Positions 50,705 to 63,592 of a stretch of DNA of 64,000 bases are shown piece by piece (the stretch's first letter is position 1; every line of letters begins with the position of its first letter). The notes under the pieces are model-generated. The model saw nothing but the letters and a program-made list of their open reading frames with translations. It had not been told where the DNA came from and ran no database searches. Both the position numbers and the translations under genes were made by a program. Location of the stretch: contig OZ024740.1 of NCBI GenBank assembly GCA_964016885.1, positions 103,168,001 through 103,232,000 on the forward strand. Reading direction: 5' to 3'. Origin of the DNA: Eledone cirrhosa. Its lineage: Eukaryota.

Positions 50705-53418
50705 CAAGAAATGAAGAAGGCTTTAGGCTTCTCAAATTCTGCAACGCCAATGACATGTCGATGTGTAACACAAACTTCAAAAAACCCGACAACCATCTGA
50801 TCACCTATAGATCAGGGGAGCATTCTAGTCAGATAGATTTTATCCTCATCAGAGTTGTAAATACAAAAGCCTTCCTGGTGAGGAATGAACTTGGAAACAA
50901 AAGGCAACCTGGAAAAGAAAGATCTGGAAGCTGAAAGACCCTCAGCCAGTAAGAGATTTAAAGATATCTTACTTGGCGACTATGACAGTAAAGAAGAACA
51001 GATAGAGACATTCAATGTAGAAGAACATTGGGAGTTCCTAAAATATAACTTACTAAAGGCGACGGGAGGAGGAGAGTGACTTGGTGGTGGAACAATAAGG
51101 CAGATGAGGCAGTTAAGGCCAAGAGACATGCATGGAAAGAATGGAAGAATGGGGGAAGCAGGGTACATTACACAGAGACCAGGAGAGAAGCTAGGCGTCA
51201 AGTATACTTAGCTAGGAGGGAAGCAGAGGATGGAAAATTCAAGCATGTTTTGCAACGTGAGGACCAGAAACAGAAGGTGTTCAAGATTGCGAGGCAGTGT
51301 GTCAGAGAGAATTGTGATGTCATTGAAGAGAAGTGTATCCAGAAGATAAAGGTGAGCTTGCCCTCACAAGTGCTGAGAAGAAAGATGCGTGGAAGAGCCA
51401 TTATGAAAGATTACTAAATGAGGAGAATGCATGGGGAAAAGAGACCCTACCCCAAGTGGACCCTGTAGAGGGGCCAGCAGAACAAGTCAGCAGCAGCGTG
51501 GTAAGTAAGGCAATCAAAGATATGAAGACGGGGAAGTCAACCGGTCCATCGGGTATAGCTGCCAAGATGCTGAAGGCATCTGGGTCGGTAGGTCATACCA
51601 TAACCACACGTACTGTTAACTAGGTAATACTAGAGGGTGTCATACCAAAGGATTGGTGCAGTAGCATCATTGTCAACTGCTACAAGGGTAAAGGTGATGC
51701 ACTAGATAGAGGGAACTAAAGAGATATAAAGCTGATGGGACCAGGTCATGAAAGTGTTATAGCACAGTTGATTAGGGACCGGGTGAAACTAGATGAGATG
51801 CAATTTGGGTTTGTACCAGGAAAAGGCACCACTGATGCCTTCTTCCTTGTGAGGCAGTTACAGGAAAAGTACCTAGCTAAAAGTAAGCTGCTCTACATGG
51901 CATTCGTCAATCTGGAAAAAGCCTTCGACAGAGTCCCCTGTGCTATAATCTGGTGGGCTCTTAGAAAACTAGGAGTAGATGAATAGCTTGTGAAAGCTGT
52001 ACAAGCCATGTATAGAGGAGCAGTCAGCAAAGTTAGGGTTAGCAATGAATATAGTGAGGAATTTAGCATACAGGTCGGTGTCCACCAGGGCTCTGTTCTT
52101 AGCCCTCTCCTGTTCATTATAGTTCTGCAGGCAATAACAGAGGAGTTTAAGACTAAATGCCCATGGAAACTCCTATATGCAGATGATCTCACACTTATAG
52201 CTGAATCTATGGTGGAACTAGAGAAGAAATTCCAAACATGGAAGCAGGGACTAGAAAGAAAGGGTCTCAAAGTCAATCTGACAAAGACTAAGGTCCTCGT
52301 GAGTAGACGAGAAAGCAAAACCCAGATCCCCTCAGGGAAATGGCCTTGCTCAGTGGGTAGACAATGGCCTTGCTCAATGGGTACACAAGAGATGTAGTGG
52401 TTTCTCAGTAAGCTTAACTAAGAATGTAGGCTTCACATGTAGCAGCTGCGCTAGGACAGCAAGCGGCAAACGACCACAGGAAACAAGCACCACCAAACTC
52501 TGGGAGGGCTCTGTAGAAACAGTAGACAGCTTCTGCTACCAAGATGACCAAATTAGAGGTGGGTGTTCGGAAAGAACAATAACTAGGGTAAGAACAGGAT
52601 GGAAGAAGTTCAGGGAACTACTACCACTGCTAGCTGCAAAAGGCTTTTCCCTCAAAATGAAAGGCAGACTGTATGATGCGTGTATCCGAACAGCGATGTT
52701 ACATGGTAGTGAGACCTAGGCACTGAAGGTGGAAGACTTACGTAGATTAGAAAGAAACGAAGCCTGCATGCTCCGATGGATGTGTAATAGTAATATACGC
52801 GAACGGCAAAGCATAAACGAATTGAGAGAGAGACTGAGCATAAGAGGAATCAAATGCTGTGTGCAGGAGAGGAGGTTGCGTTGGTATGGACATATGATGC
52901 ATATGAAGGATGACAGCTGCATAAAGAGGTGTAGAGCACTAGAAGTTGATGGAAGCCGCGGAGTAGGGAGACCTAAGAAGATCTGGGATGAGGTGATAAA
53001 AGCCGACCTTACCCAATTGCACCTCTCAAGGGCGATGACACGGGACCACGACCTCTGGCGTCACGCAGTAATACAGAAGACCCGACTTCCCATGGGTACA
53101 AGCTGAAGCTGAAGCATATAAACAATATGCCCCCACCCTCTCCCACTGTAAAGTGGACGTGTAGGTGCCACGGCAAAAAAGCACCCAGCCCACACTGTAA
53201 AGTGGACGTGTAGGTGCCACGGAAAAAAAAGCACCCAGCACTCACTGTAAATGAGGTTGGTGTTAGGAAGGGCATCCAGATGTAGAAATCAAGCCAGAAT
53301 CAGTTCCCATATGAACAAGACAAGGTCAGCCGACTGGACACTGCCCACAACAGGACAACCTGTCTAACCCATGCTAGCGTGGAAGAACGGACGTAAAACG
53401 GTGAAGATGATGATGATG
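50705..53418 (+). mobile_element. PHD-finger RTE LINE, degraded, with SINE-like tail module
   Basis: SQIDFIL, QFGFVPGKGTTDA, LEKAFDRV, LLYADDL, RRLRWYGH; (ATG)n tail. Confidence 0.92.
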
Positions 53419-53899
53419 ACACACCTCGGTTTATGAACACCTCTCATCACAAATAAATCTGTTCATGAACAATTTTTCCAAACATAAAATGTATCTTGAG
53501 TAACGAACAGGCAAGCCAGCAACAATGGTTAGCAACAAGCTGGAGGTATCAGGGGAAAAGGGTCACTTGCTGTGCAGTTAGTTACTATGGTGATATCTAT
53601 CTGTCTTTCACACACAATCTCTCTCTCACTGTATTTCTCTCTTAACATTTCATGTGGGAAAAATACTTTCAGCTTATAAACATTTCAGGTCACAAATGGC
53701 CTTCAGGAACAAATTAACTTTCCATTTAGCGTCCATTTTTCCAAGCGTTAGACAGCTCATTCATGCCGGGAGGCAAGTCTGGCCATGGTTGGCCATGTCG
53801 CACCTTGCTCCAGCGAGGACTGTAAATTTGGCTGGGTATGTTATAGCTGGATGCCCTTCCTAACACCAACCACATTTACAATGTGGAACAGAATGGCTC

Positions 53900-54765
53900 C
53901 ATCATGAGGGACAGGCCAGCTGGCCACACCAAACCCGTCTCACAACGGAACCACAGTTTTGGAGCCCAACCCATCTCACAGTGGAAGCATAGTTTAGGAG
54001 CCCAGTACTGGATGGCACCAATACATGGAGCCTAACACATCTCACAGTGTAGCCACCATTTTGGGGTCCAGTACTGGATGAGGAGGGACAGGTGTAGAGT
54101 AACTGTTTGGAAGCAAGGTGTTAGATGGCACCACTATGCGATGGAGCTAGTTGCGATGCAGCCCAGTACTGGATGGCTCTAATACGATGAGCCTAACCCA
54201 TCTTACAGTGTAGTCATAGTTTGTGACGCAGTTTCAGATGGCACTGCCACGAGGAGGGACAGGCCAGTTGGCCATGCCGAACCTATCTCACAGCATAACC
54301 ACAGTTTTAGGGCCTGGTACTAGATGGATAGGTGCTGAACCACAGTGGCACCCCAGTTTCGGGGCCGTGAACTCTCCATGCAACAAACCTTTCTCAATAC
54401 AAAACCACATTTTGGAGCCTGGGACACATTTGAGGAGGGACAGGCCAGTTGGCTGTGTTGAACCCTTCACACAGCAGACCTTCAGTTCAGGTATTGGAAG
54501 CCGCGTGACTCCACCATGAGGAGGGACAGGCCAGTTGACTGCGCTGAAGCCATCTCACAGCAGAACCACAGTTTTGGGGCTTGGTACTGGATGACACCTC
54601 TATGAGGAGGGACAGGCCAGTTAGCCATGCCGAACCCTTCTCACCGTGGCACCCCAGTTTTGGAGCCAGGCACTCTCCACGCGATGAACCCTTCTCAATA
54701 AAAAACTACCCTTTGGGAGCTTGGAGCTGGATGACACCACTATGTGCAGGGACAGGCCATACCTG
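53900..54765. repeat. Degenerate ~85-bp GC-rich minisatellite
   Basis: Recurring gaggagggacaggccagttggc..gaaccc.tctcac..cacagttttggagcc..tactggatg. Confidence 0.75.
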
Positions 54766-54854
54766 AAGTGTATATATAGTATGCACTACCCCACCACGCC
54801 CATACGTCTCCGATGAGGACAAGCTGAAGTTACATCCAATCCAGTGAAGCCTCC

Positions 54855-55285
54855 AGCCCACACTGTAAAGTGGTTGTGTTGATAACACAACAAAAAGCGC
54901 CCAGCCCACATTATAAAGTGGTCATGTAGGTGTCATGGAAAAAAGCGCCAGCCCACACTGTAAAGTGGTTGTGTAAGTATCACAGCAAAAAGCACCCAGT
55001 CTGTAAAGTGGTCTTGTATGGAGAAAAGTGCCCAAACAACACTGTAAAGTGATCATGTAGGTGTCACAACAAAAAGCACCCAGTCCACACTGTAATGTGG
55101 TCGTGTAGGTGTCACAACAAAAAGCACCCAGTACTCACTGTAAATGAGGTTGGTGCTAGAAAGGGCATCCAGCTGTGGAAACCAAGCCAAAATTGGTTCT
55201 GTATGAGCATGACATTGTCACCTGACCTGGCATTGCTCACAACAGGACAACTCGTCTAACCCATGCTAGCGTGTAAAAGTGGACG
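54855..55285 (+). repeat. SINE-like tail module with ~7 copies of a ~42-bp unit
   Basis: cacactgtaaagtggtcgtgtaggtgtcacaacaaaaagcacccag repeated, then ggcatccagctg..ccatgctagcgtg..gtggacgttaaa. Confidence 0.8.
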
Positions 55286-55474
55286 TTAAATGGTGATAAT
55301 GATACAATGTTGTACAGTTCATTGTCAACAGTTTGGTCTATCTTGTTCTTGTTCTAAGTAGGTACCAATGGGTGGAATATTTTACTGTAATATGTTCCTG
55401 TAATATGTTTAACAGCCAACATTTCAGTCAACCTAGCTGTAAGAAGTTCCACTGATATATAGTTCTCTGTATTA

Positions 55475-55820
55475 CAGTGTACCCCCAGGATTCGCGGTGC
55501 CGGTTATTCATGGAATTTTCCATAGAACCTAAGTAATAATTGTTAGTAGAAACCACCATATATTCACGGAATTGTAAATATCTTCCACAATTTTTTTATG
55601 GCAATATATATTTTTTTAACAGTAAATTATTAATAACAATATACCGTATTTGCCAGCCTATTGGACGTCCCTTTGCATAAGATGCTCCCTCTTTTTTTTA
55701 TATTTTACATTATATTTTGACGTTTATAGGCATTTTAATGGACCACATCCAATGTTCATGGTTTTTCACTCTTCGTGGGTGCTCTAGGAATTAACCCCTG
55801 CAAATACTCGGGGACAACTG
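55475..55820. mobile_element. pogo/Tigger-like MITE
   Basis: TA|CAGTGTACCCCCAGGATTCGCGG ... CCTGCAAATACTCGGGGACAACTG|TA: imperfect TIRs with TA TSD. Confidence 0.7.
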
Positions 55821-55889
55821 TATATCCAGGGCTAAAATATATAACTTTTATCAATGCAATTTAGATCTCTATAAACAGATACCATATTG

Positions 55890-57612
55890 AGGTACAGTCC
55901 ACCTGGCTGACATAAAGTACAGTCCACCTGGCTGTCATAAGGTACAGTCCACCTGGCTGTCATAAGGTACAGTCCACCTGGCTGTAATGAAGTACAGTCC
56001 ACCTGGCTGACATAAAGTAGAGTCCACCTGGCTGTCATGAAGTACAGTCCACCTGGCTGTCATAAGGTACAGTCCACCTGGCTGTCATAGGGTACATTCC
56101 ACCTGGCTGTCATAAGGTACAGTCCACCTGGCTGTAATGAAGTACAGTCCACCTGGCTGTCATAAGGTAGAGTCCACCTGGCTGTCATGAAGTACAGTCC
56201 ACCTGGCTGTCATAAGGTACAGTCCACCTGGCTGTCATAAGGTACAGTCCACCTGGCTGTCATAAGGTACAGTCCACCTGGCTGTCATAAGGTACAGTCC
56301 ACCTGGCTGTCATGAAGTACAGTCCACCTGGCTGTCATAAGGTACAGTCCACCTGGCTGTCATAAGGTACAGTCTACCTGGCTGTAATGAAGTACAGTCC
56401 ACCTGGCTGTAATGAAGTACAGTCCACCTGGCTGTAATGAAGTACAGTCCACCTGGCTGTCATAAGGTACAGTCTACCTGGCTGTCATAAGGTACAGTCC
56501 ACCTGGCTGTCATAAGGTACAGTCCACCTGGCTGTCATAAGGTACAGTCCACCTGGCTGTAATGAAGTACAGTCCACCTGGCTGTAATGAAGTACAGTCC
56601 ACCTGGCTGTAATGAAGTACAGTCCACCTGGCTGTAATGAAGTACAGTCCACCTGGCTGTCATAAGGTACAGTCCACCTGGCTGTCATAGGGTACATTCC
56701 ACCTGGCTGTCATGAAGTACAGTCCACCTGGCTGTCATAAGGTACAGTCCACCTGGATGACATAAGGTACAGTACACCTGGCTGTCATAAGGTACAGTCT
56801 ACCTGGCTGTCATAAGGTACAGTCCACCTGGCTGTCATAAGGTACAGTCCACCTGGCTGTCATAAGGTACAGTCCACCTGGCTGTCATAAGGTACAGTCC
56901 ACCTGGCTGTCATAAGGTACAGTCTACCTGGCTGTAATGAAGTACAGTCCACCTGGCTGTAATGAAGTACAGTCCACCTGGCTGTAATGAAGTACAGTCC
57001 ACCTGGCTGTCATAAGGTACAGTCCACCTGGCTGTCATAGGGTACATTCCACCTGGCTGTCATGAAGTACAGTCCACCTGGCTGTCATAAGGTACAGTCC
57101 ACCTGGATGACATAAGGTACAGTACACCTGGCTGTCATAAGGTACAGTCTACCTGGCTGTCATAAGGTACAGTCCACCTGGCTGTCATAAGGTACAGTCC
57201 ACCTGGCTGTCATAAGGTACAGTCCACCTGGCTGTCATAAGGTACAGTCCACCTGGCTGTCATAAGGTACAGTCTACCTGGCTGTAATGAAGTACAGTCC
57301 ACCTGGCTGTAATGAAGTACAGTCCACCTGGCTGTAATGAAGTACAGTCCACCTGGCTGTAATGAAGTACAGTCCACCTGGCTGTCATAAGGTACAGTCC
57401 ACCTGGCTGTAATGAAGTACAGTCCACCTGGCTGTAATGAAGTACAGTCCACCTGGCTGTAATGAAGTACAGTCCACCTGGCTGTACTGAAGTACAGTCT
57501 ACCTGGCTGTCATAAGGTATAGTCTACCTGGCTGTAATGAAGTACAGTCTACCTGGCTGTAATGAAGTACAGTCCACCTGGCTGTAATGAAGTACAGTCC
57601 ACCGGGCTGTAA
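55890..57612. repeat. 25-bp intronic minisatellite (~69 units)
   Basis: Invariant gtacagtccacctggctgt plus variable cataag/aatgaa/catgaa. Confidence 0.97.
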
Positions 57613-57726
57613 CTAGATACCATGTAGATAACTGACAGATCTTTCATAAGCTACTAATTTGAAAAGGACTGGCATACTATTCAAGACACCTCATATCCAC
57701 TTCAGACTTTGAAATAAAACCAAACA

Positions 57727-57766
<40 letters not shown>

Positions 57767-57865
57767 TTACTACTACTACTACTACTACTACTACCACTAC
57801 TACTACTACTTACTACTACTACTACTACCACTACTACTACTACTTACTACTACTACTACTACTAC
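57727..57865. repeat. (CTA)n microsatellite
   Basis: Direct reading. Confidence 0.95.
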
Positions 57866-57914
57866 AACAAAAACCTACTCTATCTTCTATATTAACTGTT
57901 TGTTTCATTTAAAG

Positions 57915-58055
57915 ATTGCCAAAAACAAAGAGATGCTGAAGAGTGATGATGTCTATATACTTGACAAGGGTAAAACTGTTTACCAGTGGAATGGCAGTGG
58001 TAGTAACAAGGATGAGAAATTTAAGATGTGTACACTACTTTATATTATGTTACTG
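57915..58055 (+). CDS. Gelsolin-like exon E (3' end 58025 or 58055)
   Basis: tttaaag|IAKNKEMLKSDDVYILDKGKTVYQWNGSGSNKDEKFK. Homology ends at 58025, followed by AT. The first in-frame GT donor is ctg|gtaagg at 58055. Confidence 0.85.
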
Positions 58056-58236
58056 GTAAGGGCAATGAATTTGCAGAATTATTAAAGTTTGAACAAAATA
58101 CTTTGTGATATATGCAGCAGCTCTTTACATTTCAAGTTCAATTCTCACTAAGATCAACTTAGTACTAAGATCAATTTAATCAACTTTCCCCTCCCCACAA
58201 ATTGCTGGTCTACTACCTAAATTAGAAACCATTATT

Positions 58237-58425
58237 AGTGGATTGGCAGTATCGGTAGAGAGTCGGACACCATCCTTTGAAGCATAGAGTTACGTCCCTT
58301 TATGATCTGAGTTCAAATCCCGCCGAGGTTAACTTTGCCTTTCATTCTTACGGGGTCGATAAAATAAAGTACCAGTAATGTACTGGGTAATTGCTTGCCT
58401 TGTGCCTAAAATAGAAACAATTATT
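58237..58425 (+). mobile_element. SINE family B
   Basis: Same head and core as 9411-9600. Confidence 0.87.
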
Positions 58426-59147
58426 ATTGTACTGTACTATATTGTTATGTGGTACAGTGTTGTATACAGTGCCGTTACTATTTTATGATAGTAATGTCTT
58501 AGGCTGAGAGGTTTAGAAGTTTGTCTGGCAATCATGAATACCTGTGGCATGTTTGATAACTATCTTCTACCTTAGTCTTAGATCAACCAATCTTTACAAA
58601 GTAGGTAAGCAGAAACCCATCAGATGGACTGCAAATGTACTTCAAATAGTCATGTAGCAAGCTACTTTCCTTTGGCGCATTTATAAACTATTCATGTGTG
58701 ATTTGGCTAAGTAAGGACAATCGTGAACTGCGCACGAATATATATTACCAACTTTCACCCAAACAAAGATTTTTCCACTTTTTTCGATATACTCTCTCTT
58801 GCTGCTTGGACGTTGAAAGGAAAGGACATTATTATGTAATGGTCAGATCTTCTTTTTGGCCTGGCACAATGCCTCATTCACTTCTTAACTCTTAATTTGT
58901 TTATTCCTTTGTTTAACATGTCAACTCAACTTAACTGTTTGTAATTAGTGGTGAATAAAATATGTAAAAATGCTAACAAAGACTTTACGGTTAATTCCAC
59001 AAACATTCGCTTCTCTCACACTTAACAAACCATTACATTAAAACTAAACGTCTAACTGCTATACTTTAGCCTAACAAAAACCATACCATCCCTGCTACAA
59101 CAAAAACACATATTATTATTATTCTACATACTATTATTATTATTATT

Positions 59148-59340
59148 GAGGGCAGTGGATTGGCAGTATAGGTAGAGGGTCTGACGCCATGCTTTGCAGC
59201 AGAGTTACGGCCCTCTATGGTCTGAGTTGAAATCCCGCCGAGGTTAACTTTACCTTTCACCCTTACAGGGTCGATAAAATAAAGTACCAGTAATGTACTG
59301 GGTAATTGCTGGCCTTGTGCCAAAAGTAGAAACAATTATT
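59148..59340 (+). mobile_element. SINE family B
   Basis: Same head and core; (ATT)n flanks. Confidence 0.87.
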
Positions 59341-60369
59341 ATTATTATTGTTATTGGTATCATTATTATAATTATTATTCAACTGCTATACTGGTGACTA
59401 TCCTTCTGCTAAAGTCAGTTATGTCACACAGTATTGTTCTGATTCTGCTAAAGAATTATATTCAGGAGACGAGTACATGTGGATTATTCAGCCACCAATG
59501 TGTAGGTAGTTCAGTTGATATAATTGGCTCTGTCTTCATCAAAACCAGTAGAGAACTGATTTACTTTAATTTTTTACTATACTACAGTAATCTTTCAAGT
59601 AATCTTTTGTTCAATAAAAGAAGTACCAACCAATACTGGGGTTGATTTCTCTCTCTCTCAGATGTGTTGTGGTGTACTACAATATACTGTACACTATATC
59701 AGTTGTCTCCACATGTAAGGTGGTTGAGCCGGTGTTACAATGAAAAACCTCTCAGTTCACCCTATAAGATTATCATTTTTGTGCCATGATAAAAAGCACC
59801 TAGTCAACACTGTAATGTGGTTGGTGTTAGGAAGGGGATCCAGCCGTAGAAACCAAGCCAAAATACAGATCTGTATGAGCAAGATGTGGTCACCTGACCT
59901 GACTTGTCTCATAACATGGCAACCCATCTAACCTGTGCAAACCTTGAAAACTAAACATTGATGATGATGAACTTCTGTTCCAAATTCCAACTTAATATTG
60001 AGAAAGTTATAATACTTAGTACTTCCAAATTCTTGATTATGTTCAGAAATATTTGAAACATAAAAGCAGTCTTTCATTAGAAATATGGTAACAAAAGCAT
60101 TAAACTTGATTATTAAAAGAATAAATGTTTCTTTTTATTTATTTCCCTTTATCACAACTGTATTATTTCATAAAAGAGTAACATATTTAAGTAAAAACCA
60201 TAGAATATCATGAAGAACTGTCAAACTATACAGACAAATCCTGTAGGAAACCCCCCACCCAACAGCTTTTTTCCTAAACCCCAAAAATATTTAAGTGTAC
60301 CCTATCAATTTGTATGAACCCAAGCTGGTGACCACTGTTCTACATTATCATTCTGTTTTCTGTTGACAG

Positions 60370-60456
60370 GCTGCTATGTATATCAATGATATGATAAACA
60401 GTAAATGTACTGCCATTAAGAAGACAGTATTGGAAGAGGATTCTACTGAAGCTGAT
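60370..60456 (+). CDS. Gelsolin-like exon F
   Basis: ttgacag|..gat|gtaagt; AAMYINDMINSKCTAIKKTVLEEDSTEAD; phase 0/0. Confidence 0.85.
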
Positions 60457-60489
60457 GTAAGTATTTCAGGACACTTCCTACTTATTATG

Positions 60490-60880
60490 GACAACATGCT
60501 TTCCAGCATAGAGTTATGTCCCTTTACGCTCTGAGTTCAAATCCCGCCAAGGTTAACTTTGCCTTTCATCCTTACGGGGTTGATAAAATAAAGTACCAGT
60601 AATGCACTGGGATAATTGCTGGCCTTGTGCCAAAAGTAGAAACAATTATTATCGAGGACAGTGGAATGGCAGTATTCGTAGATCATTGGACAGCATGCTT
60701 TGTGGCATATAGCTACAGCCCTTTACATTCTGATTTCAAATCCCGCTGGGATTAGATTTGCCTTTTGTCCTTACAGGGTCGATAAAATAAAGTACCAGTA
60801 ATGCACTGGGGTCGATTTAATCGACTCCCCCCCCCCCAAAAAAAAATTTGATGCCCTTGTGCCTAAATCAGAAACTATTA
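60490..60880 (+). mobile_element. Two tandem SINE family B copies
   Basis: Cores at ~60560-60600 and ~60760-60800. Confidence 0.85.
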
Positions 60881-61178
60881 CTATTATAAAGGAGATTGGT
60901 TTTTTTAATAGTGTGAACCGTGACAGATTAGATGTTTTGCAGTATTTTACTGAATCATTTCTCTGAGTTCAAATCTCACACAGAACATTTTTGTCTTTCA
61001 AAAATCTATGTAAGAGGAATAAAATAGAAACATCATAATGAATCCCTTAAATATTTTGGTTTAAACTCAATCAACTCTCCCTATTCTCTACTCCTTCCAA
61101 AAATAATTTTTAAAAATCGAAAATGATGTATCTAACCAAAAAACTCACTATTCCTTCTTTTTTTTTTCTCCTTGGCAG

Positions 61179-61261
61179 CATGAGTTTTACACAACACTAA
61201 CAGATGATAAAGAGGAAGAAACCATCTTTGAAATAGAAGAAGGACCTAAGGAACTTTACAA
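61179..61261 (+). CDS. Gelsolin-like exon G
   Basis: Long polypyrimidine tract, ggcag|..aa|gtgagt; HEFYTTLTDDKEEETIFEIEEGPKELY(K); phase 0/2. Confidence 0.88.
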
Positions 61262-61351
61262 GTGAGTATAGCTTAACAAAGGTTCTTTCATAGAATTATG
61301 ACAGATAGATATTAACACCCCATTCATGGAAAAACGGAGGTAAAATGATAA

Positions 61352-61532
61352 TAATTGTTTCTACTTTAGGCACAAGGCCAGCAATTACCCAGTACATTAC
61401 TGGTACTTTATTTTATCGACCCCGTAAGGATGAAAGGCAAAGTTAACCTCGGCGGGATTTGCACTCAGACTGTAAAGGGACGTAACTATGCTAGAAAGCA
61501 TGGCGTCCAACCCTCTACCGATACTGCCAATT
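61352..61532 (-). mobile_element. SINE family B, antisense
   Basis: Reverse complement of 58237-58425. Confidence 0.87.
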
Positions 61533-62140
61533 CAGGTAAAATTATAATAATGATGATAAACACTTGAAAACAACCATATTTATAATGTAGAACCAAGGTG
61601 GTGTCATGTGGTTTGCTATCAACTTAGTTGATGCAGTTTATACCTGCCATTTGGGGAGACCTCTTCATATTCTGAGATCTCTCTGTAGCTAAAGAAAATG
61701 AAATACTGACAAATGAATTTGTTTAGTTATTAATTAATATTGCTTTTCTTTTTTGTTATTTAGCTACAGGTCAGACTTAATCTAGCACACATTCTGACTC
61801 TTATTCAGACATAGTCTATCTTGGACCACATTAGCTAATGTGTCCTTCCTTGATTGTAACACTAGTTAGTGTATAATTTAAAGTAGATATCACTACTATT
61901 TCTAGCCAGATAAATAAACATAGATGAGTCCTCTTACCTTATTCAGCTGTATTCACATTCTAATCATTAAAAATACCTTCATGTACATAGATTTTCTTTT
62001 GTTAAAGAAAGGTTATTGCCATTCATGTCTATCTGTCGTGATTGCTACAGTAAATCTAACATGAAACACTCATCCAATGTGTATTCCAACCATGTGTATG
62101 TCTCAATAATATGAATGTTTATTTTATCTTATCCCATCAG

Positions 62141-62219
62141 GTTATCTGATTCAACTGGAAGTATGAAGTTTAATTTCGTGAAGAAAGGTGATGTTAAAAA
62201 ACAGGATTTGAATTCCAAT
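62141..62219 (+). CDS. Gelsolin-like exon H (start of domain 3)
   Basis: catcag|g..aat|gtaaga; LSDSTGSMKFNFVKKGDVKKQDLNSN; phase 2/0, consistent with exon G. Confidence 0.92.
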
Positions 62220-63388
62220 GTAAGAGTACATTATGTTTTCTTTTGTTCACAATGTCTTGCTGTCTGTGTTTTATTGTACTTTTGCTCTGTCATCTATATG
62301 TTTGTCTGTCTATGAGAAACCCAACAAAGACAGTACTATCCTTAAAATGAACTCCAGGCAAAATTAAGGTCACTACCAATATGATATTTTCCCCCTATAC
62401 ACTAAACAGTAATGCTATAACCTTTGGGCTTAATGCTGTAGAGAACTTAATATCGTCCCTTTATATATCAAGTTCAAATACTTCCAGTATTATTTGTGCC
62501 AACCATTACACAAATTACCAATAACACACTGGCATTGATTCATTTGACCTTATTGTATTACTGGTCAAAATCAATTGATATAAGACTATCTCTTAAGATA
62601 AGTGCCATGAAAACCAAAACTATGATGCTTTAATTTGTGGTTGAAGATATTTTATTTCACTATTGCAATCAGTGTCTACTTCCATTTCCACACCTTTGTA
62701 TCTACTACAAAGAAGAAACCATGTCAAGCATAACCAAAATAATTGAGCATCAGACTAAATGCATAACAGTATTTAGTCTGTTTCCTCAGTTCTGAATTCA
62801 AAACCTACCAGTTTCAACTTCCTTTACATTTGAAATGTAAGTATCAGTTCCAGTAACTTTCTTGGGGACAAATCAGTTGTCTTATATATTTGTTCTCTTG
62901 CCCTTGTAATTAGTCTAAAAATGACATATACAATGCTTCAAAAGACTAGACTGTATTTAGTCTCTCCTCTTCAGGTTCTAAGTTCAAGTTATGCTGGAGT
63001 CAACTTTACATTTTCATACCTTTGAGTCCACCCTGTAAGATGGTCATGCTGGTGACATGACAAAAACTACCCAGTCCACCCTGTTAAATGGTCATTTTGG
63101 TGCCATGATAAAAAGGACATTAAATGATGATGATAATGAGTGTGATGAAATAAAAACCAAGTATGTATTGGGGTTGTTTAGCCCCCAGGTTAGCCCTGAT
63201 CCAGCAGATCTATAATCAAAAATGTTCCAGAAATAACAATTTTGTCTTCTTGGTAGGGTTTGATTTAAGGGAGATTTAGCTATCATTTCTAGCTAGTCAA
63301 TTATGTAGAGGCTCTACTATTTTTGTTCTTATATATAATATGTAATATATACAGCATAACTTGGAGATAATATATCTAAGATAAAATA

Positions 63389-63592
63389 CAGGGTGACAAC
63401 AAAAACACACCAGCTACGGAGTGAATGCCATCTTGAATTACACTGCCATCTAGCAAATCGAGTCAATTCTGCAAATGAGGAACGAATCTTTGTTTGTTTA
63501 TACAACTGTAGCCACTAATATTGTAAGAATATTCATTTAAGTTTTGATATTATAAGTATTTGAAATAAAGGAGTGTTTTTGTGATCACCCTA
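63389..63592. mobile_element. mariner-like MITE
   Basis: TA|cagggtgacaacaaaaacac ... gtgtttttgtgatcacccta|TA. Confidence 0.75.

Noticed and set aside
55890-57612. CRISPR-like array
   Set aside because: The intervening segments are only 6 nt and recur, there are no unique spacers or cas genes, and the context is a eukaryotic intron.
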